Positions 8,831 through 19,724 of a DNA stretch of 64,000 nt are shown here, piece after piece (within the stretch, counting starts at the first letter, position 1; the number at the start of each line of letters is the position of its first letter). A model generated the notes under the pieces. That model ran no database searches and was not told where the DNA came from. It worked only from the letters and a program-made list of their open reading frames with translations. The stretch comes from a virus. Taxonomy: Duplodnaviria; Heunggongvirae; Uroviricota; Caudoviricetes. The stretch is from IMG/VR virus record IMGVR_UViG_3300035701_007101. One strand, written 5' to 3'. A program made the translations under genes and the position numbers.

Positions 8831-9574
8831 TTATACATTTGGTAAGTTAAACTCTTTAATAGTTTCATTTTTTATTCTTTTTAAAACGCGTGCAATTTTT
8901 CGTCTTTTACTAGCTGATATTGTAGGCTCTGATTTATTATATTTTATAGCTAACTCTTTTCCTGACACTAAACCTTGAATATCATCTCTGATAAACACAT
9001 CCCATTGCATGGGTGTTAAATATAATTTGCATTTGTCAAGTATATATTCTGCTAATATTTCTTCATTTTCAGATATGTCGTCATGAGGTTCAGTTATTAC
9101 TTCCATTAGTGTTAATGATTTGTCATCATTACCAATAGATTTTGAAAGACTGTCAGTAAATAGATGAGGACTTAATCTTTTTATAATAGTTTTATTGTCT
9201 TTTGTTTCAATAACTTCAATTGTTCTTTTCTTTTTCCGTAATTCGACAATTACTCTATTAACAGTTTTTTCAAGAGCTGTATACATGTACGTTGAAAATT
9301 TTACTTGATAGCTAAAATCAAATTTTTCTGATACAGCTTTATATAAACAACATAAACATCTTTGACATAAGTCATCTTCATCGTAAATATCAAAACCATT
9401 TTTAAACTTTGATATTCTCCATTTAACATATTTTTTAATTGTAACTTGCCAAGAATTTTTACCTTCATCTCTTGGTAGTGCAAGAACTTGATTAAAAATC
9501 TTGCTCTTTTGTGCATCAGATGTACCTGGCTCTCGATACTTTATGATCAACTGCTCATCAAAAGATGAATTCAT
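8831..9574 (-). CDS. sigma-70 family RNA polymerase sigma factor
   Basis: Region 2-like EDDLCQ...LYKAVSEKFD...FSTYMY; region 4 HTH GKELAIKYNKSEPTIS. Confidence 0.8.
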   Translation of the reverse strand: MNSSFDEQLIIKYREPGTSDAQKSKIFNQVLALPRDEGKNSWQVTIKKYVKWRISKFKNGFDIYDEDDLCQRCLCCLYKAVSEKFDFSYQVKFSTYMYTALEKTVNRVIVELRKKKRTIEVIETKDNKTIIKRLSPHLFTDSLSKSIGNDDKSLTLMEVITEPHDDISENEEILAEYILDKCKLYLTPMQWDVFIRDDIQGLVSGKELAIKYNKSEPTISASKRRKIARVLKRIKNETIKEFNLPNV

Positions 9575-9653
9575 AATATTTACTCCATTAAAACTAATAA
9601 GATAGCATAAATATAAATAAGATTCGAGTAATGTTCAAATTAAAAAATAAATA

Positions 9654-10802
9654 TTATCTTAATAAATCGATGTTATTTATTGCGTTATCAAAATATTGTT
9701 TAAATTCTTCGTGTGAGCATTCATCTGGATCTTTATTTGGTGGTAAAACAATGTTGCAAACATCAACATTTCTACTTAAATTGCTTATTATCATTCTAGC
9801 TGCTTCTTGACCGGCATTTTTATCATTTTTATCGTCATTATCTAATGCTAAATAAACTTGGTCAAATGTTGCTAATATTAAGGCTTTATTTTGTTCACTT
9901 AATTTTGTTCCACACAAAGCAACACTATTAAATTTCCACACAAATAGTCTCATACAATCAAATACACCTTCAACAAGTATAACATAATCACTATTTTTTT
10001 TAGCATTGTCAAAGTTAAATAGCAATGTTTTAATAGATGAACCATAAATTATATTCTTAATTTCTTCGTTTTCATCTAATACTGGAGGATATAATATTTT
10101 TTTACATTCGTATTTAATTTTAAGATCTGCTAGTTCTGTAACAGTAAGTTTATCTTTTTTTGCTTGCTTTAAAAGCTTAAGCCACTTATTTGCTTTGCCT
10201 GACATGTCACGAGCAGCAAATGATAATACTTCATTATTCATTGTGATTGGTACTATTAATCTATCTTTATAGTAACCAGAAGCAGCATATTTGAGGTTCC
10301 ATAAATGTATCATAGATCTACTAACACGTTTTCTTATTTTTATGAAATGTTTTTCTGCATCTTCAAATTCTAGATATTTCGAAAAATCAATAATTGTTTT
10401 TTTACATTGCTTATCAGTTTCAACGTCGTCATTTTGCAATTCACTTATTTCATTTAACAATGCATCAATATGACTTTCACTTCCTTCATAGCCAACCATA
10501 CTTTTTACAAATTCAACTGCATCATCAAATGTAGATAAATTTTCTAATTCTTTTACTAATGAAAAAAAATTTCGTCCACCACATACAAAACAATTATAAA
10601 CGCCATTCTTAATATTAAAACCAGCAGACGGAGAAGAATCTCTATGCCCAGGCAAAATACATTGCATTTTAAACCAATTACCAAATTTACTATCGATTTT
10701 TACATTATAGTGCTTAAAAAAATTTTGTACGTCAACTTTTTGATATATATTTTGTAATTCGACTTTACTGTACATAATTCTTATTATATACTTATTTAAC
10801 AC
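9654..10802 (-). CDS. dnaG: DNA primase (CHC2 zinc finger + TOPRIM)
   Basis: CILPGHRDSSPS...YNCFVCGG, RLIVPI, ILVEGVFD, YLALDND, KDPDE. Confidence 0.9.
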   Translation of the reverse strand: MLNKYIIRIMYSKVELQNIYQKVDVQNFFKHYNVKIDSKFGNWFKMQCILPGHRDSSPSAGFNIKNGVYNCFVCGGRNFFSLVKELENLSTFDDAVEFVKSMVGYEGSESHIDALLNEISELQNDDVETDKQCKKTIIDFSKYLEFEDAEKHFIKIRKRVSRSMIHLWNLKYAASGYYKDRLIVPITMNNEVLSFAARDMSGKANKWLKLLKQAKKDKLTVTELADLKIKYECKKILYPPVLDENEEIKNIIYGSSIKTLLFNFDNAKKNSDYVILVEGVFDCMRLFVWKFNSVALCGTKLSEQNKALILATFDQVYLALDNDDKNDKNAGQEAARMIISNLSRNVDVCNIVLPPNKDPDECSHEEFKQYFDNAINNIDLLR

Positions 10803-10814
10803 AATGATTTATGC

Positions 10815-10845
10815 AAAAAAAAGGTAGTTAACTACCTACCTTTTT
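10815..10845. terminator. intrinsic terminator
   Basis: A-run + GGTAG...CTACC + T-run between primase start and upstream gene stop. Confidence 0.6.
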
Positions 10846-10881
10846 GAATATATTAAAATTGATTAAAGACAAATAAATTTT

Positions 10882-11205
10882 TTATACATCAGCAATGCTT
10901 GTCATATAATCTATGTCTCTTATACGTTTAAGCTTAATGTAAGTGTACACTTGTTTAATTGGATTCGTATTTGCATTATCAAGTGTCATTGTTGATAAAA
11001 ATTTATCAAAATCATCGCCTTTAATATCACATTGAAACGACATTACAGACTTTTTATTTTCTTTTCTTGCATCAGCATCTTTATAGATTGATAATTCAAA
11101 AACTGCTCTTTTTTCACGTAACCAAAAAATTAGCATTGTCACTTTATGATACGCATTACTTAATTCAATACCATTTGGTAAAGAAATCGCTTTCTGAATA
11201 GCCAT
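10882..11205 (-). CDS. hypothetical phage protein
   Basis: GGAGG RBS, operonic packing. Confidence 0.65.
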   Translation of the reverse strand: MAIQKAISLPNGIELSNAYHKVTMLIFWLREKRAVFELSIYKDADARKENKKSVMSFQCDIKGDDFDKFLSTMTLDNANTNPIKQVYTYIKLKRIRDIDYMTSIADV

Positions 11206-11214
11206 TGTTTCCTC

Positions 11215-11406
11215 CTAATTGTTAACATTGCTATTATAATCTTCACTACTGACTTCATCAATATCAACATTATCTTCTACACTACATTCATCACAAATTC
11301 CATCATGTGTCAAATAACAATCATCACACATTATTTCTTCACATGAGTCACAAGTTTGCTCATCAACAAAACCAACATTTTCACCACAACAAACACATAC
11401 TGACAT
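11215..11406 (-). CDS. small Cys-rich acidic protein (CxxC repeats)
   Basis: CVCC, CDSC, CDDC, CDEC. Confidence 0.65.
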   Translation of the reverse strand: MSVCVCCGENVGFVDEQTCDSCEEIMCDDCYLTHDGICDECSVEDNVDIDEVSSEDYNSNVNN

Positions 11407-11464
11407 AATTACTCACTCCGCTGTTTTTTAATTTAACATAATTTTACGAATAATAAAACAAAAA

Positions 11465-11716
11465 TCAATAAACTATTTTATCATCAAACTCATCATTTTC
11501 AATTTCATTAAAATCAATTTCATCTTCATTAATTTCTTCTTCTATAACAGCACCAATATCAAAAGCAATTAATACATCCTGATCAGAATGAAAAACTTTA
11601 ATATCTTCATTATCAATATCATAAAAATTATCTTCAAAACTAAAAACAACGTCTTTATCAATACCATATATGTCAATAAACTGACAAATCTTATTCTGCA
11701 AGTCTCCTAAATTCAT
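11465..11716 (-). CDS. acidic hypothetical protein
   Basis: ORF track; AAGAAAGGA RBS-like. Confidence 0.6.
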   Translation of the reverse strand: MNLGDLQNKICQFIDIYGIDKDVVFSFEDNFYDIDNEDIKVFHSDQDVLIAFDIGAVIEEEINEDEIDFNEIENDEFDDKIVY

Positions 11717-11757
11717 AATAATCCTTTCTTGATTTAATTTTTCATCAATTTTACTTT

Positions 11758-12846
11758 TTAAAATATTCTAAAAATCTCTCTATTATTTTCAACACCTATC
11801 TTTTCATAATTAATATGTTTTGTTTGCTCACAAATAAATCTAACAAAACTTTGTGGATCATAATTAATGTAAGCATCTTTCATTTGACCGTCATCATGGT
11901 CATGCGTCTGAACAAACATTTCTTTCATTTTAATACTATTCAAAAATCGTTTAAACATTATAAAACTAGATTCAAATTTTAAAAAATGATGAAATACGTT
12001 TAGAGCTAATATAACATCAAAACTAGTATTTTGCAAATTAAATATTGAAATATTCATTGCAGTAAAAGATCGACTTCTGGCTATTCTAATCTTTTCTAAA
12101 TAATCAAAATATTTTGTTTGAATTTCAACAGCTGTGCACTTAAAACCATCATCTTCAAATTTATGACAAAAATATCCAAATAATGATCCAATATCTAGTA
12201 ATGTACCACTTTTAGTTTGCATTGATTTCTTTATTACATCATACCTATAAGCTGTCCATATTGAAGTTAATTCACTAAACTCAATATGCTCAATTGGCTG
12301 ATATATCTCACCTCTATGATCAATCTGCCATTCTTTTTTAACAAATGACAATATATCATTATAAAAATCTACCCACAGCTTGTGTCTCAAACCTACACGA
12401 ATTGGAATTGACTTCACATTCAAAATTCTAGCAATCGCTAATCTATGCCAACCATTAAGTAATATTAACTGACCATGTCTAGTAATCGCAACAACAATTT
12501 CATCTCCAAACTTATTGTCAGGATTATAAATGAAAATATTTTTAGCAAATAACACACGTTGATCTTTAAAACCATTTGCTTTAATATCTTCAAACGTTTG
12601 TCTTAAAGTATTCTTTCTAATTTGTCGTTCTTCTACAGGTCGATCATTATAAATTTTATCATCTTTATTATTTAACAAAAAATCGCACGTTTGCTGATAT
12701 ACTTCAAATTTTTCAAATTCATTCTGATTAAGATCCCAATCACCATCAATTACATTATTCAAATTTTCAAATAAAACTATGTGCGTGACGCCCATTTTAA
12801 TTTCATTTGGATTTATCCAGAATACTTTGTACCAATCAAATTGCAT
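11758..12846 (-). CDS. ParB/Srx-like domain fused to class I SAM-dependent methyltransferase
   Basis: LLNGWHRLAIA (ParB-like) then LLDIGSLFGYF...TAVE...FDVILALNVFHH. Confidence 0.7.
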   Translation of the reverse strand: MQFDWYKVFWINPNEIKMGVTHIVLFENLNNVIDGDWDLNQNEFEKFEVYQQTCDFLLNNKDDKIYNDRPVEERQIRKNTLRQTFEDIKANGFKDQRVLFAKNIFIYNPDNKFGDEIVVAITRHGQLILLNGWHRLAIARILNVKSIPIRVGLRHKLWVDFYNDILSFVKKEWQIDHRGEIYQPIEHIEFSELTSIWTAYRYDVIKKSMQTKSGTLLDIGSLFGYFCHKFEDDGFKCTAVEIQTKYFDYLEKIRIARSRSFTAMNISIFNLQNTSFDVILALNVFHHFLKFESSFIMFKRFLNSIKMKEMFVQTHDHDDGQMKDAYINYDPQSFVRFICEQTKHINYEKIGVENNREIFRIF

Positions 12847-12908
12847 AATTATTCCTCGTAAATACTTTTAAGTAAAATAATTAAATCATTATACAATATA
12901 ATTAATTT

Positions 12909-14106
12909 ATGAATACTCTAAAATTAAAATATCTAACCAGTAAAGAAAATAGAAACATTATTTTGAACTACATGAAAAATCAAAATAATGTCATTAGATT
13001 TCTATACAATAGATTACAAGAGAACAAGCTACTCTCACAAGTACAACTTATAGCTCTATCTAATTCAATGAATAACATATTCATAGACTCTTGGTTCAAA
13101 CAATGCGCGATGTATAAAGCTAAAGAACTTAATGAGAAAGAAAAAGTTATTTTTGGTGGTAAGAAGTTGTTTTTTGAGCGATTTAAGAATAGAATAACAA
13201 AAGAAGAATTTCAAATAAAGAAATTGTTACCATTACATGTTATAGGCGAGTGTAATTATTAATGACAAATTACTGCCTGTAACAATTTCTTTAGACTTAG
13301 ATTTTGTTTACATTACTTATGATGAGAATTATTTGAAAGAAGAGATTGTTAGTAAAGTCAAAAATAGAATTATGACTTTAGACTTAAATCCTAATTATAT
13401 AGGATATTCTATAATTGACTGGCAAAATGAAGATGATAAGTGTATAGTAAAAGCAGGTTGTATAAGTATAAAGCAATTGAATGATAAGCAATTTGAATTG
13501 AAAAAGTTAAAAGCAAGTTGTGAAGATGAAAGAATGAAATATTTAGTAAACAAGAGAGTGTTTGAAATTTTTGAGATAAGCAAGTATTTAGTAAATGTTG
13601 CAAAACAATATCATGTAGAGTGTTTTGGTATAGAAGAATTGTCAATTAAGTCGAGTGACAAGGGTAAAGGAAGCAAGTATAATAGGTTAGTTAATAATTT
13701 GTGGAATAGAGGGAAATTAGTAAGTAATATAGAAAAGCGACTAAATATTTGTGGTATCAAGTTGTACAAGATATTACCACAATATTCAAGCTTTGTTGGA
13801 AATATAATGAATAGGGAGTATTTTGATCCAATAGCTAGTAGCATAGAAATAAGTAGAAGAACTTATAAATTTTCAAACAAATTAAAGCCTGTACTTTTTC
13901 CGGACTTTAATAAGTCTATTAGTGTTATCATTACGTCATTGGAAGAATTTAGTGATAACGTGATTAAATTAGTAGACATTAAAGATTGGCTAGAGTTATA
14001 TAGACGAGTAAAACACTTGAAATTGAGGTATCGAGTGTCTTTAAGTGTTGAGCTTAGAGTTTTTAGATTGTTTAATAGAAAGTCATTATTATATGAATTT
14101 TATTAA
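12909..14106 (+). pseudogene. tnpB: TnpB-like RuvC nuclease (IS200/IS605-related), disrupted by internal deletion/frameshift near 13246-13260
   Basis: ORFs 12909-13262 and 13333-14106; second frame open from 13246 (INDKLLPVTISLD); RuvC DLNP, IEEL, YFDP; colinear with 37582 protein. Confidence 0.78.
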
Positions 14107-14134
14107 ATCAATTACCTTATAATCAAATCTTGTC

Positions 14135-15433
14135 ATGATTGATGCAATTAAAATAATCAAAAAACTAGATGATAACGGCTTTCAAGCAGTATTAGCTGGC
14201 GGTTGTGTCAGAGACTTAATTCTTGGTTTACCATCAAATGACTATGATATTGCTACAAATGCTACGCCTGAAGTCATAGAGTCATTATTTGAGAAAACAA
14301 TACCAGTTGGCAAATCATTTGGCGTTATAATTGTCATAGAAAATGACAAACAATATGAAATTGCTACGTTTCGTGAGGACGGAAAATATTCTGATAATAG
14401 GAGACCAGATTCAGTTACCTTTGGCTCAATAGAAGAAGACGCTAAAAGACGAGACTTAACGATAAATGGCATTTTTTACGATCCAATAATAAATAAATAC
14501 TATGATTTTGTCAATGGCGTAGACGACATTCAACGCAAAATTGTTCGTTTTATTGGCGATCCCAATAAGAGAATTGAAGAAGATAAACTAAGAATATTAC
14601 GCGCTTGTAGATTTTCAATTAAATTTGATTTTGAGATTGAAAAAGAATCTTTCGAAGCTATTAAAAATCATGCTCATGAAATTCAAACAGTTTCAATTGA
14701 ACGTATAAGTGATGAATTTATTAAAATATTACGTTTAAGAAAACCCAAAAAAGCATTTGATTTACTATTTGAAACTAAACTCATTGACTACGTCTTACCT
14801 GAAATAAGAACTTTGCAAGGTGTAGAACAACCAATTGACTATCATCCCGAGGGCTGCGTTCTTACACATACAATAAAAACACTTGAAAATTTGCCTGAAA
14901 ATGCATCAGATGAATTATTGATGGGCATGTTATTACATGATATTGGAAAACCTGCAACTTTTGAAATGCTTGATAGAATTAGATTTAATGGTCATGATAA
15001 AAAAGGAGCTGAGATAGCAGAAGTTATTCTCAAAAGAATGAAATTTTCAAATGATTTCATTGACAGAGTAGTTTCTCTAGTTTCAGATCACATGAAATTT
15101 ATGGCTGCACCTATCATGAAAATGTCTACTCTCAAACGGTTTGTACGACAACCTCATTTTAATGAACATCTAGTTTTGCACAGAGCAGATTGTTTATCAT
15201 CTCATGGCAATTTAGACAATTATAATTTTGTTGTACAAAAGATGAATGAAATACCGCCAGAGAAAATAAAACCACCTAAATTAATCACAGGTAAAGATTT
15301 ATTAGATTTAGGCTTTATAGAAGGGCCTATTTTCAGAACAATTTTAGATGATATTGACGATAAACAATTAGAAGAAATAATTAAAGATAGGGAGTCAGCA
15401 CTGTTATATGTCAAACAACAATATACAAAATAA
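14135..15433 (+). CDS. cca: CCA-adding tRNA nucleotidyltransferase with HD domain
   Basis: AGGCVRD, DYDIAT, RRDLTING, EDKLRILRA, LLHDIGKP. Confidence 0.9.
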   Translation: MIDAIKIIKKLDDNGFQAVLAGGCVRDLILGLPSNDYDIATNATPEVIESLFEKTIPVGKSFGVIIVIENDKQYEIATFREDGKYSDNRRPDSVTFGSIEEDAKRRDLTINGIFYDPIINKYYDFVNGVDDIQRKIVRFIGDPNKRIEEDKLRILRACRFSIKFDFEIEKESFEAIKNHAHEIQTVSIERISDEFIKILRLRKPKKAFDLLFETKLIDYVLPEIRTLQGVEQPIDYHPEGCVLTHTIKTLENLPENASDELLMGMLLHDIGKPATFEMLDRIRFNGHDKKGAEIAEVILKRMKFSNDFIDRVVSLVSDHMKFMAAPIMKMSTLKRFVRQPHFNEHLVLHRADCLSSHGNLDNYNFVVQKMNEIPPEKIKPPKLITGKDLLDLGFIEGPIFRTILDDIDDKQLEEIIKDRESALLYVKQQYTK

Positions 15434-15668
15434 TCCGTGTCTTACGTGTCATGGTAGTAATTGCTGTGTTGATCCTATTGAAGTATTTCCGCTTGATTAT
15501 ATGCCATATAAATTAGCTAGAGATGGCAAAATGATTGTTAATGATAAAAAGCAATGTATTGCACTTGTAAATGGTAAATGCTCAATTTATGAAGACAGAC
15601 CAATTGTGTGTAGAAAATATAAATGTGAAAAATTCTTCAAAGGAACAAATAATGGATGTATCACTTGA
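15408..15668 (+). CDS. YkgJ-like Cys cluster protein
   Basis: [10 protein letters not shown]...CIAL...[16 protein letters not shown]. Confidence 0.75.
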   Translation: MSNNNIQNNPCLTCHGSNCCVDPIEVFPLDYMPYKLARDGKMIVNDKKQCIALVNGKCSIYEDRPIVCRKYKCEKFFKGTNNGCIT

Positions 15669-15888
15669 AAAAAGAATAAAAGAAATTATTTCAGATAAAT
15701 TATCTGTCAATGTAGATAAAATTGTTCCTCAAGCAAACATTGTAGATGATTTGGGTGCTGATTCATTAGATGAAGTTGAATTATTGATGGCTTTTGAAGA
15801 TGAATTTGATATTGAAATACCTGACGAAGATGCTATGAAATTTAAAACAGTCAAAGATGTTTTATCTTATATAGATTTAAAAGTATGA
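15652..15888 (+). CDS. acpP: acyl carrier protein
   Basis: [29 protein letters not shown]; start moved to ATG 15652. Confidence 0.92.
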   Translation: MDVSLEKRIKEIISDKLSVNVDKIVPQANIVDDLGADSLDEVELLMAFEDEFDIEIPDEDAMKFKTVKDVLSYIDLKV

Positions 15889-16235
15889 TTATTTACAGCA
15901 ACGAGCCTGAAAAATTAAAAACAATTATTGGTGAATTGTTTCTTCATAAAGATCAGATTTTATTATCTGAAGAAACTAAAAATTGGCTCAATAAAGTTCA
16001 AGTTGAACCTATTGATAGAAAAACTAAAGTCATTAAAACAATTGTTGGTTATTTAGAAAATAGTAAACTAAAAAGAATCATACAAGGCTTTAAAGACGGC
16101 TATTTTTTAAATACAAGATCACCTGACCAAGCTGCCCTTGATATAGTTATTTGGAAATCAAAAGATAATGTATACGTTGATGACGAAAGCTATACTAAAG
16201 TAGCTTTAACAATTGAAAGTGATCATGAGCTCTGA
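15885..16235 (+). CDS. hypothetical protein
   Basis: ATGA overlap with acpP. Confidence 0.6.
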   Translation: MIIYSNEPEKLKTIIGELFLHKDQILLSEETKNWLNKVQVEPIDRKTKVIKTIVGYLENSKLKRIIQGFKDGYFLNTRSPDQAALDIVIWKSKDNVYVDDESYTKVALTIESDHEL

Positions 16236-16572
16236 TTACGAATTTAGAATCAATAATGTAAAACATCCTGATCATTGGCTTCATGAGGGAATAGCTGCGC
16301 CTACAGAAGATTGTAAAAAATTAACACTTGAGGTTTGCAATCACATATCCAAAAACTACAATTTGTTGCCCACTATAATTGCTAGCACAGTTGAAGAGGG
16401 CATTTATTTGCGATTTGATAGAGACACTAAAAACACTAAAAAATCATTAACAGTTGAAGTGTACAATAATTTGGAAATAGCTGCATTAGTGAATGACAAT
16501 TCTACAAAAAAGATATTAGGTTTTGAAGACATTAAAAATCTTGACTTTTCTAGAATGATAAATATCTTATAG
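16225..16572 (+). CDS. hypothetical protein
   Basis: ORF track (ATG at 16225). Confidence 0.55.
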   Translation: MSSDYEFRINNVKHPDHWLHEGIAAPTEDCKKLTLEVCNHISKNYNLLPTIIASTVEEGIYLRFDRDTKNTKKSLTVEVYNNLEIAALVNDNSTKKILGFEDIKNLDFSRMINIL

Positions 16573-16656
16573 AGTCTTGACTTACTAGCACTTGATTCAT
16601 TAAAATTGTTTGTCGATATTGAATTATTATTTTATAACTTCTAAAATAATAAACAG

Positions 16657-16706
16657 TGGAGTTGTCCAGTTGTAAATAGAAACGTTGAAGAGAGAAGTTA
16701 CTTTTG
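16657..16706 (+). repeat. 50-bp dispersed element, copy 1
   Basis: tggagttgtccagttgtaaatagaaacgttgaagagagaagttacttttg; 47/50 identical to 33675-33724. Confidence 0.9.
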
Positions 16707-16722
16707 TAACGATCAATATACT

Positions 16723-17337
16723 ATGAAACATCTTGCTAAAATTCAAGTTGAATTTCTAAAACATGCTCGTGCTTGGGATATGTTTTCTTTAGAAGAACAA
16801 AAAGATTATTTAAAGCGGCATCCTAAGACAAAAAGAAGAATTACAGCAAGACCAGAAACTCAATTACAACAACAATTAGAAGAGAAAAGACAAGATTTAA
16901 CGGAGCATTCTAATTCAGATGAAATAAGAGCTAATACACAGAAAATTGAAAATGATATTAATAGTTGGCAAAATAATGAAAGTAAAACAATTGCATCGTC
17001 AGCACTTTCAGGTGTGATTGATAAATTAGAAAATACTGAAGGTATTTTATTATCTAAAGATGGAAAGTCGGCGGGTATAGCATTAATAGAAAATAGGCCT
17101 GATAAAGATTATATTAAAATAAAAGATATTGCTTCAAATGAAAAGGGTTATGGAACTAAATTGATGAATGCTATAATGGATAAAGCAATTGAAGCAAATA
17201 AGAGTCTTGCATTAGTTTCTATGACAACAAATGCTAATAAGTTTTATGAAAAGATGGGTATGAAAGCTGATAAGAATAATTCAAGTATCTATAGAATGTC
17301 ATTAGATGAAATAAAAAATAAACACTCATCTACCTAA
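16723..17337 (+). CDS. MKHLA-module protein with C-terminal GNAT acetyltransferase
   Basis: N-term shared module; IASNEKGYGTKLM and ANKFYEKMG GNAT motifs. Confidence 0.75.
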   Translation: MKHLAKIQVEFLKHARAWDMFSLEEQKDYLKRHPKTKRRITARPETQLQQQLEEKRQDLTEHSNSDEIRANTQKIENDINSWQNNESKTIASSALSGVIDKLENTEGILLSKDGKSAGIALIENRPDKDYIKIKDIASNEKGYGTKLMNAIMDKAIEANKSLALVSMTTNANKFYEKMGMKADKNNSSIYRMSLDEIKNKHSST

Positions 17338-17368
17338 GGTAGAAGGAGATCTTCATTAGTAACTGCAC

Positions 17369-17401
17369 AAAGTCTGGAGTTTTTACTTCAGACTTTTTTT
17401 T
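17369..17401 (+). terminator. intrinsic terminator
   Basis: aagtctggagt-tttt-acttcagactt + T-run. Confidence 0.85.
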
Positions 17402-17450
17402 GTATAAATTAAAGTATATTTGCATATAATACTCTTTAAAAGGAGAATTT

Positions 17451-19724
17451 ATGATAATAGAAAAAATTAAACTGCAAGGTTTCATGAGCTATATTGATGA
17501 AGAAGTTGATTTTCGCAAATATCACACATTATTAATCTCAGGCGCAAACGGTGAAGGCAAAAGTGCTCTACTTGAAGGAGTACCGTTTTGCTATTGGGGA
17601 ATCGGGCGAGGCAAGTCGCTATCTGACTATGTAAATGATAATTGTAGTACGTTGCGACTTGAAGTTACTTTTTTAATGGAAAATTTGCGATATAAAAAGA
17701 TCAGACAATATGGAAAAGCTGGTAAAATAAATGAATTATATATAGACAAAACGATGAAGCAATTAGAAGATGCAGAATGGAATTTAATATCTGATGACTC
17801 AAAAAGAAAAACTGATGAATTGTTGTCTGAAATTTTAGGTCTAGACTATAATATTTTTTATAATAGTATCTTCTTTGGTCAAAAAGAAGAATCATCCTTC
17901 ATAGACGGTGAGGCTTCAGAAAGAAAAGAATTGTTATGCAACCTTTTAGGAATTCAAGTATATGAAGATGCCGAAGAAGTCACAAAAGACTTCATAAAAG
18001 AACTTGATAACAAAATTCAAACTAAATCTTTTGTACTAAATGAAAAATCAAAACTAGCAGAACAAAAAATAACAATTCAAACTCAATTCAGTTCAACTAC
18101 ACAAAAACTTAATGACCAAACTAAACAAATCAAAGAATTAACTGATCATTTAACTACAAATAGAAAAAAACAAGAAACAATAAAAATCAATATTGCAGGT
18201 CAAGATAAAAACAAACAACAATTATCAGACATCATTCAACAACAAAGTAAAATAAAAAGCAAAAAAGAACAATTACAAGAAGATATAAAGGCCAAAGATG
18301 TTGAGCTTGAAGAAACGATTGAAGAAGGAATTGATGCAGTTGAGTCATTACAGACAATTATTGACTTAAATAATGAATCAAAATTGTTAGAGCAAAAATC
18401 AGAATATGAAAAAACTTTAAGTGAAATATCATCACACAAACTCAAAATGCCTGATATTAAAGACAAACTCACTAATCAACGAAATGCAAAAGAAAAGCTA
18501 ATACAACAACAGACTGAAGTTAATACTAAAATTTTATCATTAAAAGACAAAAAGAAGAAAATAGAAAAATCAGGTGCTATTTGTCCTGTGATAGATGAGC
18601 CATGTAATAAATTATCTGAAGATAATAAAAAGCAAACTGTTGAAGCAATTGAAAAAGACATTGCTGTATATAATAAAGATTTATTGGCAATTGAAAAAGA
18701 TTTGACTTCTACAAAAGCTAAAATTTTAGAATTAGATGGCAATTTAGAATCATTAAATAAAAAAATTCAGAGAGAGACATCTATAACGACAATGCTTGCG
18801 ACTACAAATGACAATTTGAAACAGCGTAAAGAGGCAATTGACAATTTGCCAAAAGTAAAGGTCAAGTATAGAGAGAAAGTTGATAAGTTTGAAGCAGCTA
18901 AAGCAAAGTTAGCTGAGCAAATGATTGAGATTGTTAATTCAACAAATGAATTGCAAGTTAAGAAAGAAGAAATTGAGAAGTCATTGTCTACAAGTTTTAA
19001 TGATGATTTGATTAAAGTGCAAAAACAAATTAAAGCTTATGAAAATGACTTAGAAAGTTTGAATGAAGAAAAGCAATCATTATCAGTGCAGTTGGGTGAG
19101 ATTAAATCTAAAATGGACGGAATTGAATTAGCTGAAAAAGATGTAAAACAAATGCAAGAAGAGATAGATATTTTGAGTAAAGATTTGAGAGTGTATACTG
19201 AGTTAAGTATTTTGTTTGGTAAGAATGGTATACAAAAAGATATAATTAATGATAATGTGCCAGTGTTAGAGCAAAAGACAAATGAGATATTATCTAAATT
19301 TTGTAAGAATAGTCAATTACAAGTTAGGTTTGATTTAGATCCTGTTAAGAAGTCGGGTGAGTTGAAAAAGAAGGGTGGATTAGATATTGTAATATTTGAA
19401 AAAGGAAAACAGCCTAGAACATTGAATATGTATAGTGGAGGTGAAACTATACGAATTGTTTTTGCTATTTTGTTATCATTATCGTATTTGTTGACAAAGC
19501 GTGCAGGAAAGAAAAGTCATACACTCATTATAGATGAACGTATCGCAGCTTTGGACCAAGAAGGAATAAATGAATTCATTGAAATTATTAAGTATTTGCA
19601 AGATCAATATAAAAAAATAATAATTGTGTCTCATATAACTGAACTAAAAGATGCTTTTTCTGAAATAATGTTAGTTAAAAAAACTCAAGATGGTAGTAAA
19701 ATTTCATTGTTAAATAACAAATGA
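17451..19724 (+). CDS. SbcC/Rad50-like SMC ATPase
   Basis: GANGEGKS, FFGQ, coiled coil with CPVIDEPC hook-like, YSGGE, IIDE, VSH. Confidence 0.92.
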   Translation: MIIEKIKLQGFMSYIDEEVDFRKYHTLLISGANGEGKSALLEGVPFCYWGIGRGKSLSDYVNDNCSTLRLEVTFLMENLRYKKIRQYGKAGKINELYIDKTMKQLEDAEWNLISDDSKRKTDELLSEILGLDYNIFYNSIFFGQKEESSFIDGEASERKELLCNLLGIQVYEDAEEVTKDFIKELDNKIQTKSFVLNEKSKLAEQKITIQTQFSSTTQKLNDQTKQIKELTDHLTTNRKKQETIKINIAGQDKNKQQLSDIIQQQSKIKSKKEQLQEDIKAKDVELEETIEEGIDAVESLQTIIDLNNESKLLEQKSEYEKTLSEISSHKLKMPDIKDKLTNQRNAKEKLIQQQTEVNTKILSLKDKKKKIEKSGAICPVIDEPCNKLSEDNKKQTVEAIEKDIAVYNKDLLAIEKDLTSTKAKILELDGNLESLNKKIQRETSITTMLATTNDNLKQRKEAIDNLPKVKVKYREKVDKFEAAKAKLAEQMIEIVNSTNELQVKKEEIEKSLSTSFNDDLIKVQKQIKAYENDLESLNEEKQSLSVQLGEIKSKMDGIELAEKDVKQMQEEIDILSKDLRVYTELSILFGKNGIQKDIINDNVPVLEQKTNEILSKFCKNSQLQVRFDLDPVKKSGELKKKGGLDIVIFEKGKQPRTLNMYSGGETIRIVFAILLSLSYLLTKRAGKKSHTLIIDERIAALDQEGINEFIEIIKYLQDQYKKIIIVSHITELKDAFSEIMLVKKTQDGSKISLLNNK

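Noticed and set aside
9654-10802. Extra ~40 aa in primase catalytic core as a mobile insertion
   Set aside because: In-frame, no intein or intron signals; likely an ordinary lineage-specific loop
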